A stretch of DNA of 64,000 bases, from the NCBI GenBank assembly GCA_046048995.1, contig JBJOEZ010000009.1, positions 169,535 through 233,534 of the forward strand. Direction: 5' to 3'. The stretch comes from Verrucomicrobiota bacterium (GTDB lineage: Bacteria; Verrucomicrobiota; Verrucomicrobiia; Limisphaerales; JADJPG01). Every line of letters begins with the position of its first letter. The first letter of the stretch is position 1. Positions 9,534-19,993 of this stretch are shown one piece after another. Both the position numbers and the translations under genes were made by a program. Below the pieces are notes generated by a model, which ran no database searches, was not told the origin of the DNA, and saw only the letters and a program-made list of their open reading frames with translations.

Positions 9534-10782
9534 AACCCTTCCTCCCGCCCCGCGGCCCGCGACGCGGCTTGGACCCCCTTCCCTCCAGCAGCGACGGCAG
9601 CCGGCCCGCCTGGTAATCCGCCCAGTCCGGCGACAACTCCCGCAGCCGTTCCACCGTCCGCGGCAACACCTCCAGCACCGCCGCGATCTCGGCCTCGGTG
9701 CTGTCCCGGCCCAGGCTCAGGAGCAGGCTGCCGCGGGCCAGCCGCGCATCCACCCCCAGCGCCCGCAGCACCGGCGACACCTCCAGCGCCGGCCCGGCGC
9801 AACTGGTCCCGCTGGCCACCGCAATCCCCTGCGTGTCCAGCATCAGCAACAGGCCCTCGCCCTCGACAAACTCGACGCTCACATTCAACTGCGCGGGACT
9901 GCGGCCCGGACCCGGCGCCGGGCCGTTCAAACCGACGAGCGGAATCCGCGCCTGGCACCCCTCCCAGAGCTGCCGCTGCAACCGCCCGGCCTCGGCCGCC
10001 CGCCGGGGCAGATCCCGCGCCGCCACCTCGCAGGCCAAGCCCGCCCCCACCACCGCGGGCACGTTGACCGGACCCGCCCGCAGGCCGCCTTCCTGCGTGC
10101 CGCCATGCACCAGCGGGGTCAGCCGAACCCGCCGCTGGCGATACAGCACCCCGGCCCCGCGCGGCCCATGCAGCGTGTGCGCGGAAAAGGAAAGCAACGA
10201 GGCCCCCAGCGCCCGGACATCCACCGGCACCCAACCCGCCGCCGCCTCGGCATCCACATACAGCGGAATGCCCCGCTCCGCCGCCAGCAAGCCCACCTCC
10301 CGCACGGGCTGCAGGGTGCCCACGTCATGGTTCACCAACTGCAGCGCCACCAGCACGGTCTCGTCCGTGAGCGCCGCCCGCACCGCCTCCGGCGCAATGC
10401 GCCCCTCCGCGTCCGGCGCCACCCGGCTGCAGGTGAACCCCTCCTTCTCCAGGAATTCCACCGGGCCAAGGACGGCCGGATGCTCAATCGCCCCCACCAC
10501 CACGTGCCGACCACGACGGCGGCCCGCCCACGCGGCCCCCTTCACCGCAAGATTGGCCGCCTCCGTCCCATCGCTGGTGAAGAGGATGTCCTCCGGCGAT
10601 TCCGCCCCGAGGAAGCCCGCCACCTGTTCCCGGGCCCGGGCCACCGCGTCGCGCGCGCGCAACCCCTCGCCATGCAGGGCGCTCGCCGCGGCAAAATGCC
10701 CGCGAAACCACGGCTGCATGGCCTCCAGCACCTCCGGCAGAACCGGGGTGCCCGACTGGTAATCCAGGTGAATCCGCCGCAC
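9520..10782 (-). CDS. NifS/IscS-like class V aminotransferase-fold protein (cysteine desulfurase homologue) lacking the canonical PLP lysine
   Basis: GTG start. It is collinear with E. coli IscS as I remember it: [30 protein letters not shown], and the Cys loop [21 protein letters not shown] (Cys328). The SxHK motif reads [12 protein letters not shown]. The codon at 10174..10176 is ACG (Thr) where Lys (AAG) is expected. Confidence 0.8.
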   Translation of the reverse strand: MRRIHLDYQSGTPVLPEVLEAMQPWFRGHFAAASALHGEGLRARDAVARAREQVAGFLGAESPEDILFTSDGTEAANLAVKGAAWAGRRRGRHVVVGAIEHPAVLGPVEFLEKEGFTCSRVAPDAEGRIAPEAVRAALTDETVLVALQLVNHDVGTLQPVREVGLLAAERGIPLYVDAEAAAGWVPVDVRALGASLLSFSAHTLHGPRGAGVLYRQRRVRLTPLVHGGTQEGGLRAGPVNVPAVVGAGLACEVAARDLPRRAAEAGRLQRQLWEGCQARIPLVGLNGPAPGPGRSPAQLNVSVEFVEGEGLLLMLDTQGIAVASGTSCAGPALEVSPVLRALGVDARLARGSLLLSLGRDSTEAEIAAVLEVLPRTVERLRELSPDWADYQAGRLPSLLEGRGSKPRRGPRGGRKGSSPG

Positions 10783-10901
10783 CCCGCCAGCCTAGGAGGC
10801 ACGCCGCCGCGGCCAAGAAAAAACCTTGCCGCCCCAAAAAACCGTCCGCCACTATGCGCGTTCCGGTCGCAAACCGGGCATCGACACCAGCACCAACCGT
10901 T

Positions 10902-11885
10902 ATGGGACGCATCTACAACAACATCGTCGAAACCGTCGGACGCACCCCGCTCGTCCGCCTCAACCGCGTCACCGCCGGCTGCGCAGCCACCGTCCTGCTC
11001 AAGTGCGAGTTCTTCAACCCCCTCGGCAGCGTCAAGGACCGCATCGGCATGGCCATGATCGAGGATGCCGAACGGCGCGGGATCCTCAGCCGCGACACTG
11101 TCATCATCGAGCCGACCAGCGGCAACACCGGCATCGCCCTCGCCTTCGTCGCCGCCGCCAAGGGCTACAAGATCATCCTCACCATGCCGGAGACCATGTC
11201 CCTGGAACGCCGCACCCTGCTGGCCATGCTCGGGGCCAAGCTGGTCCTCACCCCCGGCGCCGAGGGCATGCGCGGAGCCATCAACCGCGCCGAGCAACTG
11301 GCCAAGGAAACCCCCAACTCCTGGATCCCCCAGCAGTTCGAGAACCCCGCCAACCCCGACATCCATAGCCGCACCACCGGCCCCGAGCTGTGGGAGGACA
11401 CCGACGGGAAAATCGACATCCTCGTCGCCGCGGTCGGCACGGGCGGCACCATCACCGGCAGCTACGAGTTCCTTAAAACCAAGAAGGCCTCCTTTCAGGC
11501 CATCGCCGTCGAACCCAAGGATTCCCCCGTCATTTCCCAGACCCTCGCCGGACAGCCGGTCAAGCCCGGCCCCCACAAAATCCAGGGCACCGGCGCCGGC
11601 TTCGTCCCCAAGAACCTTCACCTGAAGGACGCGCAGGGGAACCCCCAGATCGTCGAGTGCATCCAGGTCAGCAATGACGACGCCTTCGCCATGGCCCGGC
11701 GCCTCGCCAAGGAGGAGGGACTCCTCGTCGGCATCTCCACCGGCGCCAACGTGATCGCCGCCCTCGAGGTGGCCAGGCGCCCGGAGAACGCCGGCAAGCT
11801 GATCGTGACCGTGGCCTGCTCCACCGGCGAGCGCTACCTCTCCACCGCCCTGGCCGCCGAGGCCAAGGCCGAAGTCGGCGGTTGA
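10902..11885 (+). CDS. cysK: Cysteine synthase A (O-acetylserine sulfhydrylase)
   Basis: ATG 10902 lies inside track ORF 10854..11885 ([20 protein letters not shown]). Motifs present: [13 protein letters not shown] (PLP Lys), [10 protein letters not shown] and GTGGTITG. Confidence 0.92.
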   Translation: MGRIYNNIVETVGRTPLVRLNRVTAGCAATVLLKCEFFNPLGSVKDRIGMAMIEDAERRGILSRDTVIIEPTSGNTGIALAFVAAAKGYKIILTMPETMSLERRTLLAMLGAKLVLTPGAEGMRGAINRAEQLAKETPNSWIPQQFENPANPDIHSRTTGPELWEDTDGKIDILVAAVGTGGTITGSYEFLKTKKASFQAIAVEPKDSPVISQTLAGQPVKPGPHKIQGTGAGFVPKNLHLKDAQGNPQIVECIQVSNDDAFAMARRLAKEEGLLVGISTGANVIAALEVARRPENAGKLIVTVACSTGERYLSTALAAEAKAEVGG

Positions 11886-11976
11886 ACAGCCACTCCACCC
11901 AACCCCGGCCACCCCGCCCCCTGCGGACGCCCGCCGGCCCCACCCCGGCAAGTCCCGGCTCCCACCTTTTCCCACC

Positions 11977-13152
11977 ATGAACTATCACATCTCCCGGCGC
12001 GCCGCCGCGCTGGCCCCGTCCCTCACCCTCGCCATCGATGCCAAGGCCAAGCAGATGAAGGCCGAAGGCCTGGACGTCGTGGGGTTCGGCGCCGGCGAAC
12101 CCGACTTCGACACTCCCCAGCACATCAAGGACGCCGCCGCCCAGGCCCTGGCCGGCGGGTTCACCAAATACACCCCCAGCAGCGGCATCCCGGAACTCCG
12201 CCAGGCCATCGCTGACAAGTTCCAGCGCGAGAACGGCCTCGCCTACAAGCCCAGCCAAATCATCGTCAGCTGCGGCGGGAAACACTCCTGCTTCAACGTC
12301 ATCTTCGCCACCTGCCAGGAGGGCGACGAGGTCATCATCCCCGCCCCCTACTGGCTGAGCTACCCCGAGATGGTCAAGCTGGCCGGCGCCACCCCCGTCA
12401 TCCTCCCCACCACCGACCGCACCGAATTCAAGGTCACCCCCGACCAACTGCGCGCCGCCCTCACCCCGCGCACCCGCCTCTTCATCCTCAACTCGCCCAG
12501 CAACCCCACCGGCACGGTCTATACGCCGGAGGAAATCAAGGCGCTGGGCGACCTCTGCGTCGAGCGCGGCGTGCTCATCATGAGCGATGAGATCTACGAG
12601 CACCTCCTCTACGATGGCGCCACCCACCGCAGCGTGGCCAGCTTCTCCCCGGCCCACCAGGCCCACACCATCATCGTCCACGGCTTCGCCAAGGCCTGGA
12701 GCATGACCGGCTGGCGCCTCGGCTTCCTCGCCGCCCCCGAACCGGTCGCCAAGGCCATCGACGCCATCCAAAGCCACAGCACCAGCAACCCGACCAGCTT
12801 CGCCCAGAAGGGCGCCGTGGCCGCCCTCAACGGGCCGCAAACGCATCTCACCGGCTGGCTGGGCGAATACAGCAAGCGCCGCCTCCGCGCCCACCAGATG
12901 CTCAGCGCCATGCCGGGCGTCACCTGCGTCAACTCCAAGGGCGCCTTCTACCTCTTCCCCAACATCTCCGGCACCGGCCTCAGGTCCGCCGACTTCTGCG
13001 CCCGCCTCCTCGAGCAGGAAAAGGTCGCCGCCGTCCCGGGCATCGCCTTCGGCGCGGACGACTACATCCGCATCAGCTACGCCACCAGCCTGGCCAACAT
13101 CGAAAAGGGCCTCGAGCGCATGGACCGCTTCGTGCGCAGCCTGCGCCGCTGA
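11977..13152 (+). CDS. Class I/II PLP-dependent aminotransferase (aspartate aminotransferase-like)
   Basis: Motifs present: [18 protein letters not shown], and [14 protein letters not shown] with the PLP lysine in the S/A-K context. Confidence 0.88.
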   Translation: MNYHISRRAAALAPSLTLAIDAKAKQMKAEGLDVVGFGAGEPDFDTPQHIKDAAAQALAGGFTKYTPSSGIPELRQAIADKFQRENGLAYKPSQIIVSCGGKHSCFNVIFATCQEGDEVIIPAPYWLSYPEMVKLAGATPVILPTTDRTEFKVTPDQLRAALTPRTRLFILNSPSNPTGTVYTPEEIKALGDLCVERGVLIMSDEIYEHLLYDGATHRSVASFSPAHQAHTIIVHGFAKAWSMTGWRLGFLAAPEPVAKAIDAIQSHSTSNPTSFAQKGAVAALNGPQTHLTGWLGEYSKRRLRAHQMLSAMPGVTCVNSKGAFYLFPNISGTGLRSADFCARLLEQEKVAAVPGIAFGADDYIRISYATSLANIEKGLERMDRFVRSLRR

Positions 13153-13270
13153 CCCGCCGCCTTTCCGGGGCGCACCCGCGTCGCCGCGTCGGGGATTCCC
13201 GGGGACGCCACCCGCCACCCGCGCCCGGCAGGCCCGATCCGCCCTGTCCACCGGGGTTTCCAACAACCCT

Positions 13271-13320
13271 GCGCCCCGCAACCCGGCCCCACCCCTCCGC
13301 GGGCGGGGCGCGTTTTTGTT
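13271..13320 (+). terminator. Candidate intrinsic terminator after the aminotransferase gene
   Basis: gcgccccgc (13271-13279) is the exact reverse complement of gcggggcgc (13303-13311). It is followed by gtttttgtt. The 23-nt loop is long for a classical terminator. Confidence 0.4.
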
Positions 13321-13370
13321 GGGCACCCCGCCCGGGCCGCGCTAAGTTCCGGCGTCAAACCAGCACCGGC

Positions 13371-14222
13371 ATGAGCCTCCTCCAGCCCCTGCCCTCCCAG
13401 ACCGGGCGCCCCGCCCCGGCGACGCCGCGCGCGCGCGCCGCGTTCACCCTGATTGAACTGCTCGTGGTGATCGCCATCATCGCCATCCTCGCCGCCCTGC
13501 TCCTCCCCGCCCTCAGCCAGGCCAAGGAACGGGGTCGCACCATCGCCTGCCTCAACAATCTCAAACAGCTCCAGGTCTGCTTCCTGAACTACACCCACGA
13601 ACAGGATGACGACCTCCCCCCGAACAACTACGTCTACTTCGTCGGCGGCGGCGGCGTGAACCTCGGGGCTTCCGATCCGTCCTGGTGCCCGGGCGATGTC
13701 CGCGAGGACACCTCCATCGCCAACCTCACCAACGGCGTGCTTTGGAAATACAACGAGTCAGCCGGCATTTACCGCTGCCCCTCGGACCGGTCCACCGCCA
13801 GCCCCGGCGGCAACCCCACCAGCATCCCCCGCGTCCGCAGTTACAACCTCAGCATCTGGATGGGCAGCCGCCTCGAACCCCGCGGGTATCTCAAGCTGGC
13901 CGAGCTGTCCTCCACCAGCTTCTCCACCGACCGGGCCTTCACCTTCATCGACACCCACGAGGACGGCATCGTGGACCCCACCTTCGGGGTCTACCCGGCC
14001 AACGAGGCCTGGCACACCGGCTACCGCAACGCCTGGCTCGACCAACCGGCCAACCGCCACAGCCAGGGCGCCAATCTCGCCTTCCTCGACGGCCACGTGG
14101 AAAACTGGCGCTGGCGTGCTCCCAAGGTGTTCCGCTCCTACCAGCAGGCCGCCACCGGGGCCGATCTCCAGGATCTCCGGCGCCTCCAGGAATGCATCCC
14201 GCCCCCGCGGGTCAGCCGCTGA
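13371..14222 (+). CDS. Prepilin-type N-terminal cleavage/methylation domain protein (DUF1559 / H-X9-DG family)
   Basis: [33 protein letters not shown] is a type IV pilin-like leader. The C-terminal [15 protein letters not shown] block is typical of the large PVC-group paralogous family. Confidence 0.88.
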   Translation: MSLLQPLPSQTGRPAPATPRARAAFTLIELLVVIAIIAILAALLLPALSQAKERGRTIACLNNLKQLQVCFLNYTHEQDDDLPPNNYVYFVGGGGVNLGASDPSWCPGDVREDTSIANLTNGVLWKYNESAGIYRCPSDRSTASPGGNPTSIPRVRSYNLSIWMGSRLEPRGYLKLAELSSTSFSTDRAFTFIDTHEDGIVDPTFGVYPANEAWHTGYRNAWLDQPANRHSQGANLAFLDGHVENWRWRAPKVFRSYQQAATGADLQDLRRLQECIPPPRVSR

Positions 14223-14247
14223 ACGGCCTGCCCGCCCCGGCGCCCGC

Positions 14248-14685
14248 TCAGACGCCGATGTCCTCGTTCCACAACTCCGGCCGGGCCGCGATGAAGTCGC
14301 GCATCAACTGGATGCAGGCCGGATCGTTGAGGATGTCCACCTGAACCCCCTGCGACCTCACGTAGGCCTCGGGTCCCTGGAAGGTGACGTTCTCGCCGAC
14401 CACGATGCGGGGAATCTTGTAGAGCAACGCCGCCCCGCTGCACATCGGGCACGGGGACAGCGTGGAATAAAGGACGCAGCGCTGGTAGACGGAGGCCGGC
14501 TGCCGGCCCGCATTTTCCAGGCAGTTCATCTCCGCATGGTGAATCACGCTGCCGTGCTGCACCCGCTGGTTATGGCCGCGCCCGATGATTTTTCCATCGA
14601 GGACGAGGACCGAGCCGATGGGAATGCCGCCGGCAGCCAGGCCCTTGCGGGCCTCTTCCAAGGCGGCTTGGAGAAAGGGATCCAT
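14248..14685 (-). CDS. Cytosine deaminase, CDA-fold (yeast Fcy1 type)
   Basis: ATG 14685 lies inside track ORF 14248..14721 (MDPFLQAALEEARKG). GGIPIGSVL, GRGHN, HAEM, LSPCPMCSGA, IPRIVVGEN and the C-terminal WNEDIGV parallel Fcy1 as I remember it. Confidence 0.85.
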   Translation of the reverse strand: MDPFLQAALEEARKGLAAGGIPIGSVLVLDGKIIGRGHNQRVQHGSVIHHAEMNCLENAGRQPASVYQRCVLYSTLSPCPMCSGAALLYKIPRIVVGENVTFQGPEAYVRSQGVQVDILNDPACIQLMRDFIAARPELWNEDIGV

Positions 14686-14750
14686 GGACGGCAGCAAAGC
14701 AAAGCCCCTCCCCCTTGGCAAGGATGGCGGCGGGGGACGGCCGCCACGCC

Positions 14751-15197
14751 TCAGGGCTGGGCCCCGTCCTCCGGCGAGCGCGGGATCAGTTCCACGGCCG
14801 GATTCGGCGGCGCGGGATTGGCCCCGGCGCTGCGCATGGCCCGGATGGCCCGCCCATGGCCGTAGACAGCCGTGATCTCGGTGTCGCCGCTGTGCCCTTC
14901 GCCGGGCGGAATTTCAACCCGGGCCTCGACATCCCCAAACTGCACCGTGGCCCCATGGCGCACCGCGGCCTGCTGGTTGACCAGCCGCAACCCATTCACA
15001 AAGGTCCCGTTGGTCGACCCCAGGTCGCGCAGGATGACCTCCGTCCCATGCACGAGCACCACGCAATGGTGCTCGGAAACGGAGGCATGCGGGATCACCA
15101 GATGGTTGTCCCCCGCGCGGCCCACCGCGGTCCGCTCCTGCACGCATTCATAGGTGGTGCCCTGAAACCGCGGGTCCGTAAAAACGAGTCTCGCCAT
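14751..15197 (-). CDS. Small FHA-domain protein
   Basis: ATG 15197 lies inside track ORF 14751..15371 (MARLVFTDPRF). The FHA signature is GRAGDNHLVIPHASVSEHHCVV..LRDLGSTNGTFVNG. Confidence 0.8.
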   Translation of the reverse strand: MARLVFTDPRFQGTTYECVQERTAVGRAGDNHLVIPHASVSEHHCVVLVHGTEVILRDLGSTNGTFVNGLRLVNQQAAVRHGATVQFGDVEARVEIPPGEGHSGDTEITAVYGHGRAIRAMRSAGANPAPPNPAVELIPRSPEDGAQP

Positions 15198-15321
15198 GAC
15201 AAATGCCTTTCCCGCCCCGGCGAGGCCGCTCCCCAGGGCATATTCCCAGGCGCGCGGCTCCAACGGAGACGGCCGTCGAATACCGCACAACCCCCCGCGA
15301 TGAAAGGCGAAAATGCCCCGG

Positions 15322-16848
15322 TCAGCCCCAAATCTCCCGGTCCAACGCACGAAACTGGATGGCCTCCGCAATGTGCTCCGCCCCCACCCGCTCCACCCCG
15401 CCCAGATCGGCTATGGTCCGCGCCACGCGCAGGATGCGGTCATACGCCCGCGCGCTCAGGTTCCGATCCGTCATCGCCGCCTTCAACAACTCCAGCGTCG
15501 GCGCGTCCAGCGCACAAAACTCCTTCAATTCCCGGGGGCCCATGCGCGCGTTGCAGGCCAGGCGCAGCCGCCCCGCATGGCGTCCCTGCTGCCGGCGCCG
15601 GGCTTCCATCACCCGGGCCCGAATCTGCCCGCTGGTCTCCCCCGCCCGCGCCGAGGTCATGTCCCGAAACGATACCGCCGGGACCTCAATGTGCAGGTCA
15701 ATCCGGTCCAGCAGGGGCCCCGAGACGCGCCCCAGGTAGCTTTGGATCTCCCGCGGGCTCGACTTGCTTTCATGCGGCATCTTGCCGTCGGGCGTCGGGT
15801 TCATCGCCGCCACCAGCATGAACTGGGCGGGAAAGGTCACCGTCCCCGCCGCCCGGCTGATGGTCACCCGCCCCTCCTCCAGCGGCTGGCGCAGGGTCTC
15901 CAGCACGCTGCGCTTGAACTCCGGCAACTCGTCCAGGAACAACACGCCATGGTGCGCCAGCGAGATCTCCCCCGGGGTCGGGTTCACGTTGCCCCCCAGC
16001 AGGCCCGCGTCGCTGGCCGTATGGTGCGGCGACCGGAACGGCCGGGCCGTCACCAGCGCCTGCCCGGAGCGCAGCAACCCGACAATGCTGTGCACCTTGG
16101 TGGTCTCCAGCGCCTCCTCCACCGTGAGCGGCGGCAGGATGGTCGCCAGGCGCCGCGCCAACATCGACTTGCCCGTCCCCGGCGGGCCAACCAACAACAC
16201 GTTGTGCCCCCCCGCCGCGGCAATTTCCAGGGCGCGCTTGACCGATTCCTGCCCGCGCACCTCGGCAAAGTCGCAGTCCGCCTCGTCCACCGGGCCAAAC
16301 AGCGACGCCACATCCACCGTGGTCGGTTTCAGCGTCAACTGTCCCTCGAGGAACGAGGCCGCCTCCCGGAGATTGCGCACCCCATACACCCGCAGTCCCT
16401 CGACCACCGCCGCCTCCGCCGCATTCTCCGCCGGCACCAGCAACACCCGCCGCCCGTCCGCCCGGGCCCGCAGCGCCATCGACAACACCCCCTTGACCGG
16501 CCGCACCGCCCCCGTCAACGCCAGTTCCCCGGCCATGACCACCTCGTCCAACCGGTCGGTCTCGATTTGCTCGCTGGCCGCCAGCAGGGCCAGCGCAATC
16601 GGCAGGTCAAAGCTCGGCCCCTCCTTCTTCACGTCCGCCGGGGCCAGGTTGATCGTGGTGCGGCCCAGCGGCACCGTGAACCCAGAGTTGGACACCGCCG
16701 TGCTCACCCGGTCCCGCGACTCCCGCACCGCCGCGTCCGGCAACCCCACCACCACCATCACGCTGTCCCCAAAGCCGGAGTTGACCTCCACCTCGACCCC
16801 ATAGGCCTCGATGCCCTGCACCGCCGCGGAAAATGCCCTCGCCAACAC
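15322..16848 (-). CDS. comM: YifB/ComM-family Mg-chelatase-like AAA+ ATPase
   Basis: GTG start. The N-terminal Lon-like domain reads GIEAYGVEVEVN..GLPDAAVRESRDRV..NLAPADVKKEGPSFDLPIALALL. The Walker A motif is LLVGPPGTGKSMLA. GVLFLDELPEF is also present. Confidence 0.92.
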   Translation of the reverse strand: MLARAFSAAVQGIEAYGVEVEVNSGFGDSVMVVVGLPDAAVRESRDRVSTAVSNSGFTVPLGRTTINLAPADVKKEGPSFDLPIALALLAASEQIETDRLDEVVMAGELALTGAVRPVKGVLSMALRARADGRRVLLVPAENAAEAAVVEGLRVYGVRNLREAASFLEGQLTLKPTTVDVASLFGPVDEADCDFAEVRGQESVKRALEIAAAGGHNVLLVGPPGTGKSMLARRLATILPPLTVEEALETTKVHSIVGLLRSGQALVTARPFRSPHHTASDAGLLGGNVNPTPGEISLAHHGVLFLDELPEFKRSVLETLRQPLEEGRVTISRAAGTVTFPAQFMLVAAMNPTPDGKMPHESKSSPREIQSYLGRVSGPLLDRIDLHIEVPAVSFRDMTSARAGETSGQIRARVMEARRRQQGRHAGRLRLACNARMGPRELKEFCALDAPTLELLKAAMTDRNLSARAYDRILRVARTIADLGGVERVGAEHIAEAIQFRALDREIWG

Positions 16849-16970
16849 GGCGCCAAGGCTAGGCAGGCGCCCGCCCCGCCTTCAAATGGGAAAGGTCAAT
16901 AAAAGCGGCGCCTCCCCTGTCCGGATCGGGGCCCGGCGGCCATTGGTGGCCGCGCCGGGCGGCCCCGGCC

Positions 16971-18041
16971 TCAGATGCGCACCTTGAACTGCTCGCCCTT
17001 CTTCACGGACCCCACGAAGGCGGCCATCAGCCTGGGGATCAGCTCGAGGTCGCGCAGGTTGGCCACCTCCACCGGGCTGTGCATGTAGCGCAGGGGCAGG
17101 CTGATGAGCGCCGACGGAATCCCGCCGCGCGTCCAGAAAATCACATCCGTGTCCGTGCCACCGGTGGCCGACGGGGCCTCGTGCTGCAGCGGGATCCCCG
17201 CCCCCCGCGCGACCTTCTCCAGGCGCGCCACCACCTCCACATGGTTCGGCCCGCCGTGCGTCAGCGCCGGCCCCTTGCCCAGGCGCACGTCGCCATGCCG
17301 GTGCGGGCTGACATCGGGATAATCCGTCGCATGGGTCACATCCACCACCAGTGCGGCGTCGGGCTTCAGGCTGTAGGCAATCTGGCGCGCGCCCAGCAAC
17401 CCCGTCTCCTCCATGATGTTTGACACCGCGCAAACCTCCGCCTGGATCCTCCGGCCGGACTCGCGCAGCAACCGCAGCGTCTCCGCCACGGCAAAGGTGC
17501 CGATGCGGTTGTCAAAGGCCCGTGCCACGGCCAGGTCGTTGCGCAGCAGGGCGAACTGATCCTCGAGGGTAATCGGGTCGCCCACGCGCACCAGTTTCTC
17601 CGCCTCCTTGCGCGAGCCGACGCCAATGTCGAGGAAGAGATCGTGGATCTTGGGAGGCTTGGGTTCGCCGTCGGTTTTCTGGAGATGGATGGCCGCGTTG
17701 CCGACCACCCCGTGCACGGGGCCGTTGCGGGTGTGGATGATCACGCGCTGGGCCTTGGTGATGGCCGGATCCACCCCGCCCTGGCGGCGCACATAGATGA
17801 AGCCGTCGGGCGTGATGTAGTTGACCACCAGGCCAATCTCGTCGGCGTGCCCGGCCAGCATGATGCGCGGGGACCCGCCCCGGTTCAGGTAGGCCACGGC
17901 ATTGCCATAGGCGTCGGTTTCCGTGGCGTCGGCAAACTCCCGGGCATAATCCAGCCAGACCCGCTGGCCGCGGCTCTCATGACCGCTGGGACTCGGGGTG
18001 TTGATGAGCGTTTCGAGGAATTTCAGCGAGGCGTCGCGCAT
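16971..18041 (-). CDS. M42-family metallopeptidase (glutamyl aminopeptidase / FrvX-like)
   Basis: MLAGHADEIGLVVNYITPDGFIYV, NRIG, EETGLLGA and GGTD blocks are present. Confidence 0.85.
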   Translation of the reverse strand: MRDASLKFLETLINTPSPSGHESRGQRVWLDYAREFADATETDAYGNAVAYLNRGGSPRIMLAGHADEIGLVVNYITPDGFIYVRRQGGVDPAITKAQRVIIHTRNGPVHGVVGNAAIHLQKTDGEPKPPKIHDLFLDIGVGSRKEAEKLVRVGDPITLEDQFALLRNDLAVARAFDNRIGTFAVAETLRLLRESGRRIQAEVCAVSNIMEETGLLGARQIAYSLKPDAALVVDVTHATDYPDVSPHRHGDVRLGKGPALTHGGPNHVEVVARLEKVARGAGIPLQHEAPSATGGTDTDVIFWTRGGIPSALISLPLRYMHSPVEVANLRDLELIPRLMAAFVGSVKKGEQFKVRI

Positions 18042-18104
18042 GGGCCAACCCTAGGGCGCCGCCCGCGAAACTCCAAGTCCCAAGCCGACGACAACGGCCG
18101 CCCC

Positions 18105-19859
18105 TCAGGGAACCCCCGCCGCCCTTGCCGACGGCATCAGTTCCTCGAGCACCATCCGGCGGACCTCCTCCCCGCCCTCCACCTCGAGCCCGTCGCGGAA
18201 CAGGGCGACCAGCCGCAACGGCGGCTGGCCCCCGGCGCCCCGCAGGGCCCGCCAGGCCACCTGATCCGGGCTCACCGTGTAACGGCCCAGCACACTCGAC
18301 CGGGGCCAGGCGAACTCCGGCTGGTCATACGAGTGAAAGATCAGTTCCGAGCAAACAATCCGGCCCGGCGTGTGCACATCAAACCCGAAGTCGTAGCGCT
18401 TGCCCAACTGGCCCAACGCCGTGCCCAGCACCTCGCCCAACTCGGCCCGCCGGGCCGCATCCTCTGCCAGGCGGGGCCGCAGCACGGCCAGGCCATCGAC
18501 ATTCATGAACTTCTCCAGCGTGTTCAATCGCACCCCGCCCCGCGCCGACTCAATCAGGCCGGCCCCCGCGCGCACCCGGCCCCGAGGATCCTCGCCCAAC
18601 GCGCCCCCGGCACGCCGGTAGCCCGCCGTCTCCCACACGCCCAGCGCGGTCAGTTCCTCCTCCGCACCCAGCCAGAGCGCCGCATGACCCCAGTAGCCCG
18701 GCACCAGCCGGTCATTCAGCCGGAACGGCGACTTCTCCACCAGGATGTCTCCCGGGCGCAGGATGGTCCGCAGCCGCGCGAGGTTCGTGGCCTGACGCTC
18801 GGGGGTCTCCACCAGCAACCCCCCACGCAAGTCCACCACCGCCACCGCCTCCACGAAGACCCGGGAAAGGGACTGCAGCGCCGCGTCGCTTCCCAGCCGC
18901 CAAAAGTCCATGGCGGAATGGCTCAGCGCATTCAGCTTCATGCTCCCCACCAACCCCAGGCGCACATCCCGGATGAAGGCATAGGACACGGAGGTGTGAA
19001 TCAACGCCTCCAGATACTCAAAGTCCTCCCCCAACACGTCCGGCCCTTGCGCCGGATCATGGAACCGATCCCTCCAGGCCGGCCACTTCCGCTGCCATTC
19101 CTCGTGGCGCAGCAACGCCGCCCGGACCTGTCCCCGGTTCACAATGGACCGCGCGGAGTGCCCAATCTCCTCAAGTTTCCCGCGGTCCACGCCGCCGCGC
19201 GGGTCCCCATCATTCACATACCGGCGCAAACTGGGGCTGCGCTCGAAACGCACCACCGTGGTCAGATAGTTGTCATACAGGGTCAGGGCCGCCCCAATCG
19301 ACACCATCACCGCCACCACGCGCACACGCGGGTCCACCCCCTTGTCCACGAAGTCCTGCTCGGAGTATCCCAGCAGGCACTGGTACCGATCCACCAACGC
19401 AAGCAACTCACCCCGCAGCGCCAGGTAGCGCGCCGCCCCGTCGGAAACCAGCTTGAGATCCTCCGCCTCCAGCGCCCGCCGCTCCCGGAAGCGCGCCTCC
19501 AGACGGTTGGCCTCCCCCAAAATGCGCTCGCGCAACTCCAGGTTGCGCGCCACCAAACACTGAAACTCCTGCACGCGCTCATGCAGCGCACCCACCAGGA
19601 GCGCGTTGCGTTGCCGGGGGTCGGGCAATGATTCCGCCCGGCGTATCACCTCGGCCAAATCCGGGGCCGGCCGCGGCTCCACCCGCCACGAGGCACATCC
19701 TGCCGCCAACCCGCCCGCCAGGCCCACCACGCCCCAAGACCCCAGGACTGGGCGCCACCACCCCAGCCAACGCCGGGCAGCCGCCCACGAGATATTCCTC
19801 CCCCGACACCCCACAACCCCACCCCCGGTCACGGGGTCCGCACTGGACGAGGAGTTCAT
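18105..19859 (-). CDS. Lipoprotein with an N-terminal helical domain and a C-terminal YiiX-type permuted papain/NlpC-P60-like domain
   Basis: ATG 19859 lies inside track ORF 18105..19913 (MNSSS..GLAGGLAAGCAS, a lipobox). The C-terminal part reads LRPGDILVEKSP..GYWGHAALWLG (His) then YDFGFD..GRIVCSELIFHSYD (Cys). This is the permuted His-then-Cys order of the YiiX/DUF830 family. Confidence 0.6.
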   Translation of the reverse strand: MNSSSSADPVTGGGVVGCRGRNISWAAARRWLGWWRPVLGSWGVVGLAGGLAAGCASWRVEPRPAPDLAEVIRRAESLPDPRQRNALLVGALHERVQEFQCLVARNLELRERILGEANRLEARFRERRALEAEDLKLVSDGAARYLALRGELLALVDRYQCLLGYSEQDFVDKGVDPRVRVVAVMVSIGAALTLYDNYLTTVVRFERSPSLRRYVNDGDPRGGVDRGKLEEIGHSARSIVNRGQVRAALLRHEEWQRKWPAWRDRFHDPAQGPDVLGEDFEYLEALIHTSVSYAFIRDVRLGLVGSMKLNALSHSAMDFWRLGSDAALQSLSRVFVEAVAVVDLRGGLLVETPERQATNLARLRTILRPGDILVEKSPFRLNDRLVPGYWGHAALWLGAEEELTALGVWETAGYRRAGGALGEDPRGRVRAGAGLIESARGGVRLNTLEKFMNVDGLAVLRPRLAEDAARRAELGEVLGTALGQLGKRYDFGFDVHTPGRIVCSELIFHSYDQPEFAWPRSSVLGRYTVSPDQVAWRALRGAGGQPPLRLVALFRDGLEVEGGEEVRRMVLEELMPSARAAGVP

Positions 19860-19993
19860 GCCATCAACGGTTTCGCAACGAGGCAGGACAGGCCATGCCA
19901 CGCCCGCGCCCAAGGCGCCTGCGCCCCAGTCTCGCCCCCAACCCGGGACCTGCCAGCCTCGGGCTGCCTTTTACCCCACCTTGCTTGCCCCGG

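Noticed and set aside
19954-19973. A small hairpin, cagcc-tcg-ggctg, followed by ccttttacc on the plus strand.
   Set aside because: It has only a 5-bp stem with a 3-nt loop. No plus-strand gene ends upstream of it.
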